Of a stretch of DNA of 64,000 bases, positions 44,401 to 53,161 are shown in pieces. The stretch lies in the IMG/VR virus record IMGVR_UViG_3300009537_000005; one strand, 5' to 3'. The notes beneath the pieces are model-generated. The model saw only the letters and a list, made by a program, of their open reading frames with translations, searched no databases and was not told the DNA's origin. A program made the position numbers and the translations under genes. Origin of the DNA: a virus. The first letter of the stretch is position 1, and the number at the start of each line of letters is the position of its first letter.

Positions 44401-45290
44401 CTCCGCAGGAATTCTTCTTTAACGGCAATGTCTTTCCATGCCGTATATCCAAGTTCGGATGCAAGCTCATTTCGATCTTTCGTAACTTCGTCTAGCGAAG
44501 TTGCGCCTGTAATTTGGTGTATAGCTTCCTTGAAGAAAACCGGAAATGCCTTGAGTGGACCTACGTATCCCCTCCATCTCTCTAGTTCTTCGTCGGTAAC
44601 TAATTTATCCTGTTGTAGAGAAGCAATTGAGTTTAGATACGCAGGACCAGTAACGTCAACTTTCCACCATCTGTCTAATTCTTGGGCTCCTAGTCCTATA
44701 AAGGAAACGAACGAACCAACTGCCCGAGGGATAACGTTAAGAACACTTAGCTTGTCGCCACCAACAGATTCGGCACCTTCCCAGCCTGCTCTAATCCCCT
44801 CGGCGGCAATACCCAATAGTGCCATGAAGGACTGTCCGTATTTCTTCCCTGCTGTGGCATTGCCGGCTTCTGCCTCAGTGTCCCAATAATCGTATACGTC
44901 CTTTACCTGGCCCAACGATGCCTTTAGGGCAGGATTATCGTCCGGCAGTTCAGTCCTGTCTTCTGTGAATTTGTAGGAGATTCGTGCCCAAATGCCCTTC
45001 AAACCGGGACCAAAATCGGGCTTTCCGTTGAACTGCCAACCACGAGCGGTTTCCGGCAGTTCTTCTCCATTCGGACCAAAAATGGCCGTCTTGTAGTCCC
45101 AATCAGTGGGCATTCCTCGATCATCGTACTCTCGCGCGACGCCGGGAAAAGGACTGTTGATAGAGTTTAATTGAGCTCGCCAATCTTCGGGACTTTCGTA
45201 ATTGTACGTGAACGATGCTTTAATCGACTCAGTTTGTGGCACCGTGCCTGCCGTTGCGCCAAATGCTCCTTTTGCTTTTCGTCTTGCCAT
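38478..45290 (-). CDS. giant 2270-aa virion-associated protein (function unknown)
   Basis: Single uninterrupted ORF between the LysM protein gene and the scaffold promoter; mixed helical and globular segments; no motif I can assign. Confidence 0.6.
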   Translation of the reverse strand: MARRKAKGAFGATAGTVPQTESIKASFTYNYESPEDWRAQLNSINSPFPGVAREYDDRGMPTDWDYKTAIFGPNGEELPETARGWQFNGKPDFGPGLKGIWARISYKFTEDRTELPDDNPALKASLGQVKDVYDYWDTEAEAGNATAGKKYGQSFMALLGIAAEGIRAGWEGAESVGGDKLSVLNVIPRAVGSFVSFIGLGAQELDRWWKVDVTGPAYLNSIASLQQDKLVTDEELERWRGYVGPLKAFPVFFKEAIHQITGATSLDEVTKDRNELASELGYTAWKDIAVKEEFLRRVAAGEDPRLLAMELEDPLEELMGEFLFDPLNLISLGAKKLLPLAADLGAFGDGVKVARDGKRLMRAIDVAAEGGDVGKIQKATAELLQWINDGARRAVDDIAGDARRAEDLGGLRGLLTETADSLQNTLTENMSDTIHQLVSLTEGPDDAVRLMNDLSKLLDSNLEDVARLEALENVQNAIKGTNIPKNLLFGENAQRTAHVWRRLMGDNNGKRIVELLDEAGGDIVKTNQLLADELKRITNDIFPTIGRRIEEHGKYTELLKSGKAEDVAKANKILETKPWAANAPNQLHQTLHQIYSKVRPAYRAAGKAQGTLFMGLNPAYRMRNRMGNFAVLFVDVSPKAAAESFFENPWSRKWARNTLNDYLGGFAPAAERRGIGGGAAASFDAGDWMKGKFNYFATKASEDEVIAGTHVMARSVKRFMNRFLTPKYALQGLDQLVKNPGDVKVLQRLIKKHYGDVNKALVEFADARGVDNLSNLLFLNDRQLAILEKLHLDDAVRKALNPSLSRQEQATRLNEIVNQHQGRGFLASGEGVIRRDPRYIEEIADIEKGMGGIRGNRLGDLFERKVHTAQVMVDEASAALDDTLRMVGDAVHNHFTRGARSVDEAKSMGRKAKDFMFNVIQESKKKADSVMAGETGVRRTMLNFRTQVWKWNDEVTEMQHISILDLWHKQRGWMGPVPEFAEELPKADLNRMFKNSLWRGYTEKATREYWEGFLGQMNHYMDGIEKFKHVLDPEGTGEISKLIEPMLERVRRKHSLADAMHRTVMDGNGNAILRVGANELEDLLIDTWMIRKAASKALEPEGLEATAETVRRFIHNIRTQAQDGTFDPKETMGLLDDVLGEAIKDVAGSEARAEEMLRILAGKEPDSALTIRLLEEEKTTIFLGGQTRDSIKFQMRELQTEINMLNNPAGDWGELREGSEVLVTGFGDKPLRVSVDSLPYTTPGGQDKIYVNTPLGRRSVKRSQISIPDDVAENANRYNELSARMNRMEKRLKTAPEQLEEVRQAEIAEIDRRIKAIQDGLDVEQTAIRSAIAERYVKVNEADLPQSMQDEFFFTEDIYRIDLGDGDYALFQPQFKTNKGMGWRPGKFVVPEAQRGRGVGTKFMDEMKKLSDEFKLEMGIQPDTKDLHRFYDQIDGLIIDEAEGGRRYLYTPRTDPPERFSTPIIAAMDDATPTVARSDYATFPQVKKSIDEVLAHLNTLDDSPQLSPHRAAYSNEEWARLREGASGIQEKINEVRTMAGQVAVKERDFALHNYGKRYGFDMVAGLIFPYQFWYSRSYAKWMKRMVQTPAILTHYLQYRRFLEKKHAGLPDWWKYQMNTNDLFGLDAENPLYFNLEAMINPLHGLTNVDFTDPQRRKDWWGGAMEDIQKMGPSVWTPFTYGLAAYYSLQGEEEAAARWAGRLLPQSKAIRDITALVDPQGLGIEIDPAVHLWGGGDPLAFTGSKVGVEAYERGRVGRQLGLMVNEGKWTEAEIIEAAYRQEGEIWDVARARAIHDRASHWGLIAGQFMFGVGAKPRPEGDIQIDTMYKEMRNLIAHRPDVSEENYAKGWNMLREAYPFLDTILLAKKGGLERDEALAWNVLNRIPPGMSFEMAKVANMDYDTITQFRSNKGDLSELSEAQRLDFMGGVMQLGALLDVPPDATRRDWDRASQEYSDMMAHGEKVFGEDIWQKVDLYYASFDESNQDAMRNFLKANPIVQEALDFKQMTINGSPSLMTYYGSVEKLEKFYKGQFYQTVEQVFGDNIWDKWSVYHELKDMGETKAANKYFKDNPELKGYLVMRDEMLPIIDQKVLELGDTIEERQGPFFRGEENVIDPNVEIQSFNVDEQQRWISDQVMSYAQGQSANNRTQADVVDHIRAQADSLWPSTKQSARRYYKIVNSNPNGAASMLQENAELETRVRWEFDRILRIALAREGELEASAARYQSELEQMGVQGQSPTAFENLAPGPLKRLLNDPDGLPPHLWELLGGR

Positions 45291-47143
45291 TATCCTACCG
45301 CCGGTGCGCCGATGCGCCAGTTGTATAGAGTGGTTCCTTGTCCACCACCGAATCCGCCTCTGGTACCACCTCCGCCTCCAGTAGGAATGGTGTTAAAGAC
45401 AGAACCAATGCCCAGAAGAGAAGAAACACCACTATTTGTTGGACTAGAAAGTAACTGTCTGTTAATCCAAATGTCTCCAACATTACGTTCCCAACCTTGT
45501 TCTGTCAAAAAGTCCTCTACTTCTTTCTTTGTAGTGATATCACTAAATTCACGAAGGGCATCGGGATCAGTATTCATAAGGCCCAGAAGCCGCATTAGAT
45601 TGTCGCTCTGAACACCAGAAATTCTCGGATCGTGTAGAGCTTTTTCTATAATAGACATAGCCCACAATTCTCCGTCGGCTAGCGCTCCTAAAAAGGCTAT
45701 TCCGTCCTTTACTTGCTCTCCAATTTCGTCAGGTCGTAGCATTCCTTCAGACATTAGAGTACCCGCTGTGATTGCCACATTCATATCCCAGTTTTGTTGC
45801 ATACCCAAAAGCACGTCTGGCCGCTGGGCTGAGTTTTGAAGAGTAAATTTTTTCTCTCCCAATGTGATAGGATTATTCCATCGGTGAATCATTTCGTCTG
45901 TCGTTACTTCTGCCGGTTCTGTATTTACGCGCGCATCAATGGCCTCCGGACTACTTGTTGATGTCGCCTTAAATCCAGTCATGTGTACTGCTCTTTGTAT
46001 AGCTTGGTCAGGCTCCATTCCTCTTTCTATAAGTGATAGCATGTAGTTCACTTGTCGTTGTGTCATACTAGTAGGTAGATACCGAGTAGTAATCTGATCC
46101 ATTATTTCTTGGGCTTGAACAGACTTCGGGTGAGTAGGGTCTGGCTCACCGCCTAATGCAGTGTAGATTTGACCGGCCACCATATTTTGGCGAACTTTTG
46201 TAAAGTCAATAATAGTTCCAATTTCAAACGGACCTTTCTCAGTTCCGAACGCCAGTCGAACTGCCTCGTCGAACGGTACTCCATTACTAACCATTTCCCC
46301 AACGATTGCTTCTCGCTCGGCATTGGTCATGTCTGGCGAGAATCGACTGAGAGGCACACCACCAACCACTTCTGGTTGACCTTCACCTTCTTGTCGGATA
46401 CCTCTAGCCTCTCGTAACTTTCTTATCGCTTCTATGTCGAGGGGTATATCCGCTTTGTCCACAACGCGGCCGGTTCTGATTTGAGGACCGCCCTCTGCTA
46501 TAGGCTGTCTTGGGATTAGTTTGTCTCCGCGCCTTCTAGCGCCCCGAATCACGCCGAATCGTTCTGATCTTGGTCTTTTTCTTAGTCTATCCATGACATC
46601 TTTGGGTAAAATGTCCTCTAGTCCAACGGTACCACTTTCTAGTTGCGCCTGAAATTCTGGGCTTATGGCAGGTGTAATCTGTGCATCTCGTCCGGCCTGT
46701 GCAAAGTTTGCTAGTTGTGTAGCCGAAAATTCTAATTTTGTTAGTTGTGGGGCTTCTCCCGTCGCCGGTTCAACAAGATCGCTAACAAACGGCGCTCCTC
46801 CGTCCTGTTCGAAAAGCCCTTGGAGATTTAGCCCCTGTGCCGCCGCTCCGTATCCTCCTCCGGGACCTCTATAAAATTCTCCTATTTCTCTTAGTCCCTC
46901 TCCCGGAACGCCAGTAACAGAAAACGTCCCGGCAGAATATGATCCGCTAGCAATTCGTTCCGCGGCGACATTTCGCTGTTGAGCGCCAAAGCTTTTGGTA
47001 GGAAGCTGAATTCTTTGTCCGGGCATAATTAAATCAGGATCACGAAGTCTTGGATTGGCGGCCACTAAATCCAAAAGATTAATGCCGGCCCGCCGGGCAA
47101 TTTTTGCTAAACTGTCTCCACTTCTTATTGTGTATGATGGCAT
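45290..47143 (-). CDS. LysM domain-containing 617-aa protein (minor head / MuF-like or peptidoglycan-binding ejection protein candidate)
   Basis: N-terminal YTIRSGDSLAKIARRAGINLLDLVAANP...PGQRIQLP is a canonical LysM motif; immediately downstream of portal; C-terminal Gly-rich tail. Confidence 0.55.
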   Translation of the reverse strand: MPSYTIRSGDSLAKIARRAGINLLDLVAANPRLRDPDLIMPGQRIQLPTKSFGAQQRNVAAERIASGSYSAGTFSVTGVPGEGLREIGEFYRGPGGGYGAAAQGLNLQGLFEQDGGAPFVSDLVEPATGEAPQLTKLEFSATQLANFAQAGRDAQITPAISPEFQAQLESGTVGLEDILPKDVMDRLRKRPRSERFGVIRGARRRGDKLIPRQPIAEGGPQIRTGRVVDKADIPLDIEAIRKLREARGIRQEGEGQPEVVGGVPLSRFSPDMTNAEREAIVGEMVSNGVPFDEAVRLAFGTEKGPFEIGTIIDFTKVRQNMVAGQIYTALGGEPDPTHPKSVQAQEIMDQITTRYLPTSMTQRQVNYMLSLIERGMEPDQAIQRAVHMTGFKATSTSSPEAIDARVNTEPAEVTTDEMIHRWNNPITLGEKKFTLQNSAQRPDVLLGMQQNWDMNVAITAGTLMSEGMLRPDEIGEQVKDGIAFLGALADGELWAMSIIEKALHDPRISGVQSDNLMRLLGLMNTDPDALREFSDITTKKEVEDFLTEQGWERNVGDIWINRQLLSSPTNSGVSSLLGIGSVFNTIPTGGGGGTRGGFGGGQGTTLYNWRIGAPAVG

Positions 47144-47343
47144 TATACTTCCTCTTCAAGAGGCGGAAGAATTTGAGACGGTGGTCTATCTCGTAGTTCT
47201 AGCGCTTCTTGTGGCGTCATGCGCTTTAGACGGTTTTCCGGCATCCGTCCTTCCATGGTCGCCTCTACCCACTCCTGAAACCATCGTTGTACTCGTAGCT
47301 GAGATTCTAGCTCCGCGATGTCCCATTCTCTTTGTGTAAGCAT
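47143..47343 (-). CDS. hypothetical small protein
   Basis: ORF track; tight coupling on both sides. Confidence 0.3.
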   Translation of the reverse strand: MLTQREWDIAELESQLRVQRWFQEWVEATMEGRMPENRLKRMTPQEALELRDRPPSQILPPLEEEV

Positions 47344-49205
47344 TATTCTAATCCGCCGCCCACTGGGTTACCGGCTTCGTCTACTCCGGTTGCCTGGGCG
47401 GGCGATGTCTGACCCGGAGCGAACTGGTCGCTCGGCAGACCACCTTGATTGGTATCAAATCCCGGTCCTTCAAGTCCCGCTTCTGCTCCGGCCGGTGTGC
47501 CTTGCCGTTGTGCCCCAACCTGTTGTTGTGCCAAAGCCTGTTGTTGCATAGCGGCGGCCATTTCGGCTTGTGCTTGTTGTTGAACCTGTTGAATAATTTG
47601 TTGGATTGTGTTGGCCGAGTCGAATTGTATCTTCTGAAGGACGCCCTGTAAATAAGCCATATCAAATTGTTCGAATGTCCACATCTTGATTTTTTCGTCT
47701 GGATTTGTTTCGCCCAGTTGCTCAAGTACGTCTCTAGTTGGGAGTTTCAAATGTTGGCTGATTTGGATTGCGGTTTGTACTCTCTGCTGCCGATCAATGG
47801 GAACGTCTTGTTGTAGCTCAACACTCATATAAATTCGTTTTGGATCAATGTCATCGGCTGGGATTTCATATTCAAAGTTGTTTTCGTCGTAGCCTTTTAT
47901 TCCTTTCTTTGATACCTTACCCCAGTTTAGCATAGTTCGATATGCTTCTTCGAACCAACGTTCGCCTAGGAACTTGTAAGGCATAAGAGATGCCATCGCC
48001 TGCTGCACTCGCAAGTTAAACCCAGAGAATGTTTCCTCGGGTCCGGCTTCGGCGTTAATCAGCACTCGGGGAAGTGTGCTTTGATTCATTTCAAATATGA
48101 ATCTATCATACGCTTCTCTAAGTGCCGGGTCTAGCCCTTGTTGAGGCATAGCTTCTACGTCGTGCCCAGCGGGTACGTCCCACGTGCCCCCCGGCTCGCC
48201 ATAATCGGCCGTTACGGTATCTGGTCGAATACCGGTCCGCTTTACTTTCGGACCGGCCGCTTCGGCAATCGCTTCTGAAATTTGCAACGATCCAATAATA
48301 TTCGTATTTACAAATTGGTCAGCTTTCCAAATTCCGTATAACAGTGGGAACCGACTGTGGTGCGGTTCTACTTCTAGCTGGCTTCCGCCAACCACACATG
48401 CCCACGGTAGGAACTCATACTCCCAGTTTTCGTTCATAAGCATAATTGCTTCGTCTGTCTTACCTGGGTCTGTCAGAGCGTCTAACGTTAAGCCGGGCAC
48501 AATAAACACTGTGTGTTGATTGTAATCCGACCAGTCGAAGAAAAGCCAATCTTTCGACGCCTCATCCTTGTCTATAAGTGCCTGAAGTTCTGGGTTATTC
48601 CAAAAGATTTGAATGTCGTTGACTTTCTTGTTGGTAACATACAATACCGACTCTAACATGTAGTCAGAGTATCTAGTATAAACGTTCTTGGGGTTTCGAA
48701 GATTAATTACAAAGTCACCATAGCGAAGTGCGGCTCTCTGTCGATTTGAATTCCCGCCTAGTTTCTCAATCGCCTTAATTTGTGTAGGTAAGTGGACGAT
48801 TTGTCCTACGATTTCATCGTACATAACCGCAGAACGCACAACATCCTGGCGCAAAACCGCCCGTCGTCTGACTGCTTTGTCCATCTGCCACTTTAGTGCC
48901 ATTTCCCATTGATTTGCGATGTCTCTGGAGAATTCTCCAAAATTGCCGGGAATAGTAAATGGATCAATCTTGATGCGTTCGTCTAAACCTGATAATACTC
49001 GAACTGCGGCCTTGATTGCATCATTAGGAGCAGTGGTCTTTACTTCTCGAATCCACTCAGCATCCATGCCGCTTGGTAGTGACCATTCGAGTCTAGCAAT
49101 TTGGTCTGTTTGTATCTGCATCTTTCGCAGGTCTGCGTACTCGTTTATGAGGTCACGCGCAATCTCGATGTAAAAGTCTACTCTTTCTTCTTTTGGCTTG
49201 GTCAT
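47343..49205 (-). CDS. portal protein candidate
   Basis: 620 aa directly downstream of the large terminase; Q-rich C-terminal tail. Confidence 0.5.
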   Translation of the reverse strand: MTKPKEERVDFYIEIARDLINEYADLRKMQIQTDQIARLEWSLPSGMDAEWIREVKTTAPNDAIKAAVRVLSGLDERIKIDPFTIPGNFGEFSRDIANQWEMALKWQMDKAVRRRAVLRQDVVRSAVMYDEIVGQIVHLPTQIKAIEKLGGNSNRQRAALRYGDFVINLRNPKNVYTRYSDYMLESVLYVTNKKVNDIQIFWNNPELQALIDKDEASKDWLFFDWSDYNQHTVFIVPGLTLDALTDPGKTDEAIMLMNENWEYEFLPWACVVGGSQLEVEPHHSRFPLLYGIWKADQFVNTNIIGSLQISEAIAEAAGPKVKRTGIRPDTVTADYGEPGGTWDVPAGHDVEAMPQQGLDPALREAYDRFIFEMNQSTLPRVLINAEAGPEETFSGFNLRVQQAMASLMPYKFLGERWFEEAYRTMLNWGKVSKKGIKGYDENNFEYEIPADDIDPKRIYMSVELQQDVPIDRQQRVQTAIQISQHLKLPTRDVLEQLGETNPDEKIKMWTFEQFDMAYLQGVLQKIQFDSANTIQQIIQQVQQQAQAEMAAAMQQQALAQQQVGAQRQGTPAGAEAGLEGPGFDTNQGGLPSDQFAPGQTSPAQATGVDEAGNPVGGGLE

Positions 49206-49274
49206 ACTTTACCCTATAATTTTGTATCTAAATTTGTCGGATTTGTCCGCGGCGAAGACATTTAACTTTTCTTA

Positions 49275-50996
49275 TTATAGACGCGTCTCAACAAAACCAT
49301 GAAAAGGATTTTTCTTTTTGGACCTCTGTCCTAGTTGTCGTACTGGGTCAGCAAATGAGATCAAAGCGTGGTAAATAGCATAGTAAATGGCGTCTAAGAT
49401 ATCTGCTGCCTTATCACCGCGTTTACGAATATCAGGATATCGTTTCAAGACCTTTTCTACTTCCGCCAAGAAAATGGCCTGTTGCTGATCTCCGACATGG
49501 TCTTTGTCTAAAAGCACGACTCGTTCGCCTGCAAACATGGGTTCGAGATTCATTTCCCATCGCCGTTCTTTGCTTTCACTTCCGGGTGTAACTCCCCAGA
49601 TAGGCATAGATTGATGAGTTGTTCGGGCTAAGATGTGCATAAACTCTTTACCGCCGGCCGCTTCTTCAATTTGTACTGCTTCCATATTGTTGTACTTCGT
49701 CCAGTATTCGAGAGTTAATCGCTCCGCCTGTGATTGTGTTACCCGCGCAACTACTCCATCAATGATGATCCATGTTCCGCTTTCTGGATGTTGAGCAATC
49801 ACAACCAGCGCAAAGTAGCTTCGTTCTGACCCCGTTCCTTCTCCAGCCGCGTAGTCACAACCAATTCTGTGAAACCAATAATCTTTGTGTATTTGAACTA
49901 CTCTAAACGTAAAGTGCTTATCGAACTCGCCTACTAGCTTTAGTAAACGATTTTTCATAAATTCCCGCTTGCCTGGCGATGTGTCGGCATCATAAATTGC
50001 TTGAATAGCCTCAACAGGAAATACCTCAGGACAAGTTGGTGTTCCCGGCCACGTTCCTTCAAGAGTAATCGGGGTTTCAATCTTTATATATTGTGGACTC
50101 TCTGGAAGCGTCTGCGTTAGGTCGTCGTCGTTCCAAGGTGTCCCAATCATACCCAGACGGCTTGTGGGCTGACGTGTGGGCTCCACTTCTGATATGAAGC
50201 GAGTTTTGATCGTCTCTGTTTCGTTCAGCGTTTCGCCGGCCCGGTGGAGGTCGTCCGCCAGCATTAAATTCGAAGTTCTGGAACCAAGAACACCGGCACC
50301 TCCAATACCAAACTTCGAGATGGTCGGTGACGTCCTTGATGCCTCCATCAACGCCCACTCGTCTTCAGGAACGGTTGTATCAATAACACTGTAACCCGTT
50401 CCGGCGCTCCATTCGCCTCCCGCTTGGCCTGGCCGCGACTTCGGTACAACCTTCGGAAACCACAGCTTCCATGCTGGGTTGTTAACGATGATATTTGCTA
50501 TCCCTTCTGCCGCTTTGCGAGCCGGAGCATCTGCCACTCGTATAATCAAATTTTCAAGGTGGGGATACAGGCCAGTTCCATAAACCATTAGGTTCCTCAT
50601 GAAAATTGATTTTCCAAATCCACGACTAGCAATAATTACCGGTGAAACTCGTTTTGACCAACATTGCCAACAGTGATCTGCCCACTTTTGTTGGTGGGAT
50701 AACAAAGGAAGGGTAGTCGCCGTAAGAAAAAACAATGCGAACCCCTCTGGACTGTCGGCTTTAATTTCTGGGTTAGGAATGGGATTTGATCCATAAGTTG
50801 GGAGTAGTTTCCATTGTTTGGGCGATAATGCGCCCTCGGGAGCTTCTATATACCAGTCGTGTTCTACTTGTCTGAAGAATTGGAAGAAGTCTCGCCCAAT
50901 TGCTTCGCTTATACGCTTTACTTCATTTTCTATTGCTTCGGGAGATACGATTGCTCCTTGCAGGGCATTATCCAATAAAAGCCTAATTTGGATCAT
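49275..50996 (-). CDS. terminase large subunit
   Basis: Walker A ASRGFGKS, Walker B LMLADDL, C-terminal RNase H-like nuclease region; 573 aa. Confidence 0.75.
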   Translation of the reverse strand: MIQIRLLLDNALQGAIVSPEAIENEVKRISEAIGRDFFQFFRQVEHDWYIEAPEGALSPKQWKLLPTYGSNPIPNPEIKADSPEGFALFFLTATTLPLLSHQQKWADHCWQCWSKRVSPVIIASRGFGKSIFMRNLMVYGTGLYPHLENLIIRVADAPARKAAEGIANIIVNNPAWKLWFPKVVPKSRPGQAGGEWSAGTGYSVIDTTVPEDEWALMEASRTSPTISKFGIGGAGVLGSRTSNLMLADDLHRAGETLNETETIKTRFISEVEPTRQPTSRLGMIGTPWNDDDLTQTLPESPQYIKIETPITLEGTWPGTPTCPEVFPVEAIQAIYDADTSPGKREFMKNRLLKLVGEFDKHFTFRVVQIHKDYWFHRIGCDYAAGEGTGSERSYFALVVIAQHPESGTWIIIDGVVARVTQSQAERLTLEYWTKYNNMEAVQIEEAAGGKEFMHILARTTHQSMPIWGVTPGSESKERRWEMNLEPMFAGERVVLLDKDHVGDQQQAIFLAEVEKVLKRYPDIRKRGDKAADILDAIYYAIYHALISFADPVRQLGQRSKKKNPFHGFVETRL

Positions 50997-51570
50997 TTAG
51001 CGGAACCTCGATTATAATAACCTCGTCTTCCGCCATTTCCCAATTCATCTGAGAATCAACCAATGAAGCCACGTCCTCGTTTCCTTGTGCCCGCTGGTCT
51101 TCAATATATGCCTTTGCCTGTGGTGGGGTAAAACGGAAGTTCATAAGTTTTACTTGTCGATTGTCTATAAGTACTTTAGCATCCGCGCCGTCTGGTATTT
51201 CGTTCATAAGTTGCAAAAGCAGTTTGGCAGAAGCGGCTTTGCCCTTAAGTGCTTGCCTGAACTGGGGATAAAGTATCGTGTAAGCCAGCGCTTGGTCGTA
51301 CGAGACATCTTCACCCAATTCTTCTGAGACAAACGCAATTAAAGCTTCGCGATTGCGAGCTTCTTGTTTTTCCCATCTTTTTAAGGCCGCTTGCCGACCC
51401 GACTCTGGATTAAACAACGGATGTGCTCCAGGAGGTCTTTTAGTAAAGCGTCCCTCATTTCTTTCCTCGACAGTGTTATTTTCGGGTTTGTTCTGTCCAT
51501 TCTGGATCACTCTTTCTTCGCTCCGCAATCGCTTGTTTTCCCAAAGCAGAAACGCGCTTGTGCTCATCAA
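50983..51570 (-). CDS. terminase small subunit candidate
   Basis: 195-aa basic/helical protein immediately upstream of TerL, behind the promoter at 51676-51710. Confidence 0.35.
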   Translation of the reverse strand: MMSTSAFLLWENKRLRSEERVIQNGQNKPENNTVEERNEGRFTKRPPGAHPLFNPESGRQAALKRWEKQEARNREALIAFVSEELGEDVSYDQALAYTILYPQFRQALKGKAASAKLLLQLMNEIPDGADAKVLIDNRQVKLMNFRFTPPQAKAYIEDQRAQGNEDVASLVDSQMNWEMAEDEVIIIEVPLNDPN

Positions 51571-51675
51571 GATTTGGGTCTTTTCAATTGTGTTTCGAAT
51601 TACAACTGATGTGACTAATGAAATGCCGACGAAGCGCCTATCGTCTCGTTTTTCTTCGGGCGTGGCGCTCCTCTA

Positions 51676-51710
51676 AGTATATTTTGGGATCATAAGGACG
51701 TTTTGTCAAG
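51676..51710 (-). promoter_or_regulatory. minus-strand promoter of the TTGACAAA family (packaging operon)
   Basis: Reverse complement reads gttcTTGACAaaacgtccttatgaTCCCAAAATATActtag. Confidence 0.55.
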
Positions 51711-51969
51711 AACTTCCCTTAAATTCGGGGTCATTTATCGCAAAATTCGCTCCCAAAGCGGCCAAAAGTTGTAAAATATCTGTTCTAGTGATCGCCGGAT
51801 CAGTTATTGATAGTCTTGTGTACACTTCTTCTACCAAAGTTCGCATTTTCGAGCGCTCAGAGCGTTCCATTTTCATTAGAGCGCTCGAAAACACTTTTCG
51901 GCCGGTGTATTGAAGTTCGGCGGCGAGTTTACTTGTTGTACTTCCCATTTTCTTGCTCCATAAGCTCAT
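51706..51969 (-). CDS. hypothetical small protein
   Basis: ORF track. Confidence 0.3.
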   Translation of the reverse strand: MSLWSKKMGSTTSKLAAELQYTGRKVFSSALMKMERSERSKMRTLVEEVYTRLSITDPAITRTDILQLLAALGANFAINDPEFKGSS

Positions 51970-53161
51970 CTAATAGCGCCGTCGTTTCTTCAAAGTCCTC
52001 CAGCCAATTCGTTCGGATAACAAAATCTATCAAATGTTTATTTCCTTGTTGAACAAATGACTTATACGGCAAATCTTCCCACGTACCAACCAGATTTTCT
52101 TCGACCGGGTCTTCTCCAAGCGGTTCTCCTCTGGCTTGTGCTTCCTCTTTACTCGGGCTGGCATATCCATACGTCATGTAGCCATGGTAATTTTCTAGTC
52201 TTCCAGGCATAACGTTCTGTGCATAAGCAATAAACGTATCTTGAGGGAAATAAACCTCAATTCCATGCGCCGCGCATTGTCCTAACCACCATTCCATACC
52301 CGGTCGTTGTTGAAAATATTCTGTTTCTACCTGCTCTAGTTCGCACCCATAAATTTCAATACGTTCCCAATCCTTCACACCAGTTAATTTTTCATAAATT
52401 ACCAATGCAAGCATATAACTGAATGTCGAAGCGAAATACTGGTGTACATAACCAGCGCCTCGTGGTAATTTATCACCAATCAAAAGCTCACAGACCTCTC
52501 TCAAAGGAAATTTTACACTATTCGGAACGTCCGCAAAGTGCCTCTGCATGTAAATTTGAGGTACTTTGCTCTCTTGTAGCCATTTCCAATGGTCTTCTGC
52601 GTATCGAGTTCGTCGTCTAGTGAATCTCCAGCGATGGTGAAGCTGGAACCAGCGATCAAATAACGATATTTTTTCTTTAAAGATGACAGCGGAGTCATTC
52701 AAACCCCACCATTCGTCGATGCCAGTCTCGTTCCATGGTGCCAAAGGTCCACTTCGGCTGTGTGTACCCATCATCACAACAGTTTTCTTGTCCTTTCGTT
52801 GTTTCATTCGTTCTCGAATTGTGATCGGATGTGCCCTAGCAACGTAATCATATGCCATTTTCTTTTCTCTCGATGACGAGGGGCGCTCTGTCGACGGTAT
52901 GTTGAAGTTTGCTTCGCCGTCTTCGTTCACAGTAAGCGCCGTATGATTGTTGCACATCGGACAATTTATCGGATGAGTTCCAACCGGCATCATCGGGATA
53001 CTTACATTGAAGTTAAGTTCATCTCCACGAACCGGTGCCATTGGATTTGCTTGTCCATGCGCGCTTCTTTTGTGATTTCGTAGCGCCGCCACAGACCCAA
53101 ACTCCTTTTCGCATAGTGGACATTTCTTCTTTTGTTTTCTAGGTCTATTTCTTTTCGTCAT
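51929..53161 (-). CDS. hypothetical protein with an N-terminal C2H2-type zinc finger
   Basis: CPLCEKEFGSVAALRNHKRSAH. Confidence 0.4.
   Translation of the reverse strand: MTKRNRPRKQKKKCPLCEKEFGSVAALRNHKRSAHGQANPMAPVRGDELNFNVSIPMMPVGTHPINCPMCNNHTALTVNEDGEANFNIPSTERPSSSREKKMAYDYVARAHPITIRERMKQRKDKKTVVMMGTHSRSGPLAPWNETGIDEWWGLNDSAVIFKEKISLFDRWFQLHHRWRFTRRRTRYAEDHWKWLQESKVPQIYMQRHFADVPNSVKFPLREVCELLIGDKLPRGAGYVHQYFASTFSYMLALVIYEKLTGVKDWERIEIYGCELEQVETEYFQQRPGMEWWLGQCAAHGIEVYFPQDTFIAYAQNVMPGRLENYHGYMTYGYASPSKEEAQARGEPLGEDPVEENLVGTWEDLPYKSFVQQGNKHLIDFVIRTNWLEDFEETTALLDELMEQENGKYNK

Noticed and set aside
39135-44889. Several plus-strand ORFs (39135, 39825, 41716, 42108, 42274, 43537, 44218) inside the giant minus-strand gene
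   Set aside because: All are antisense to a continuous 6.8-kb reading frame. They are Ser/Pro/Arg-rich, which is the mirror-image composition expected from the opposite strand.
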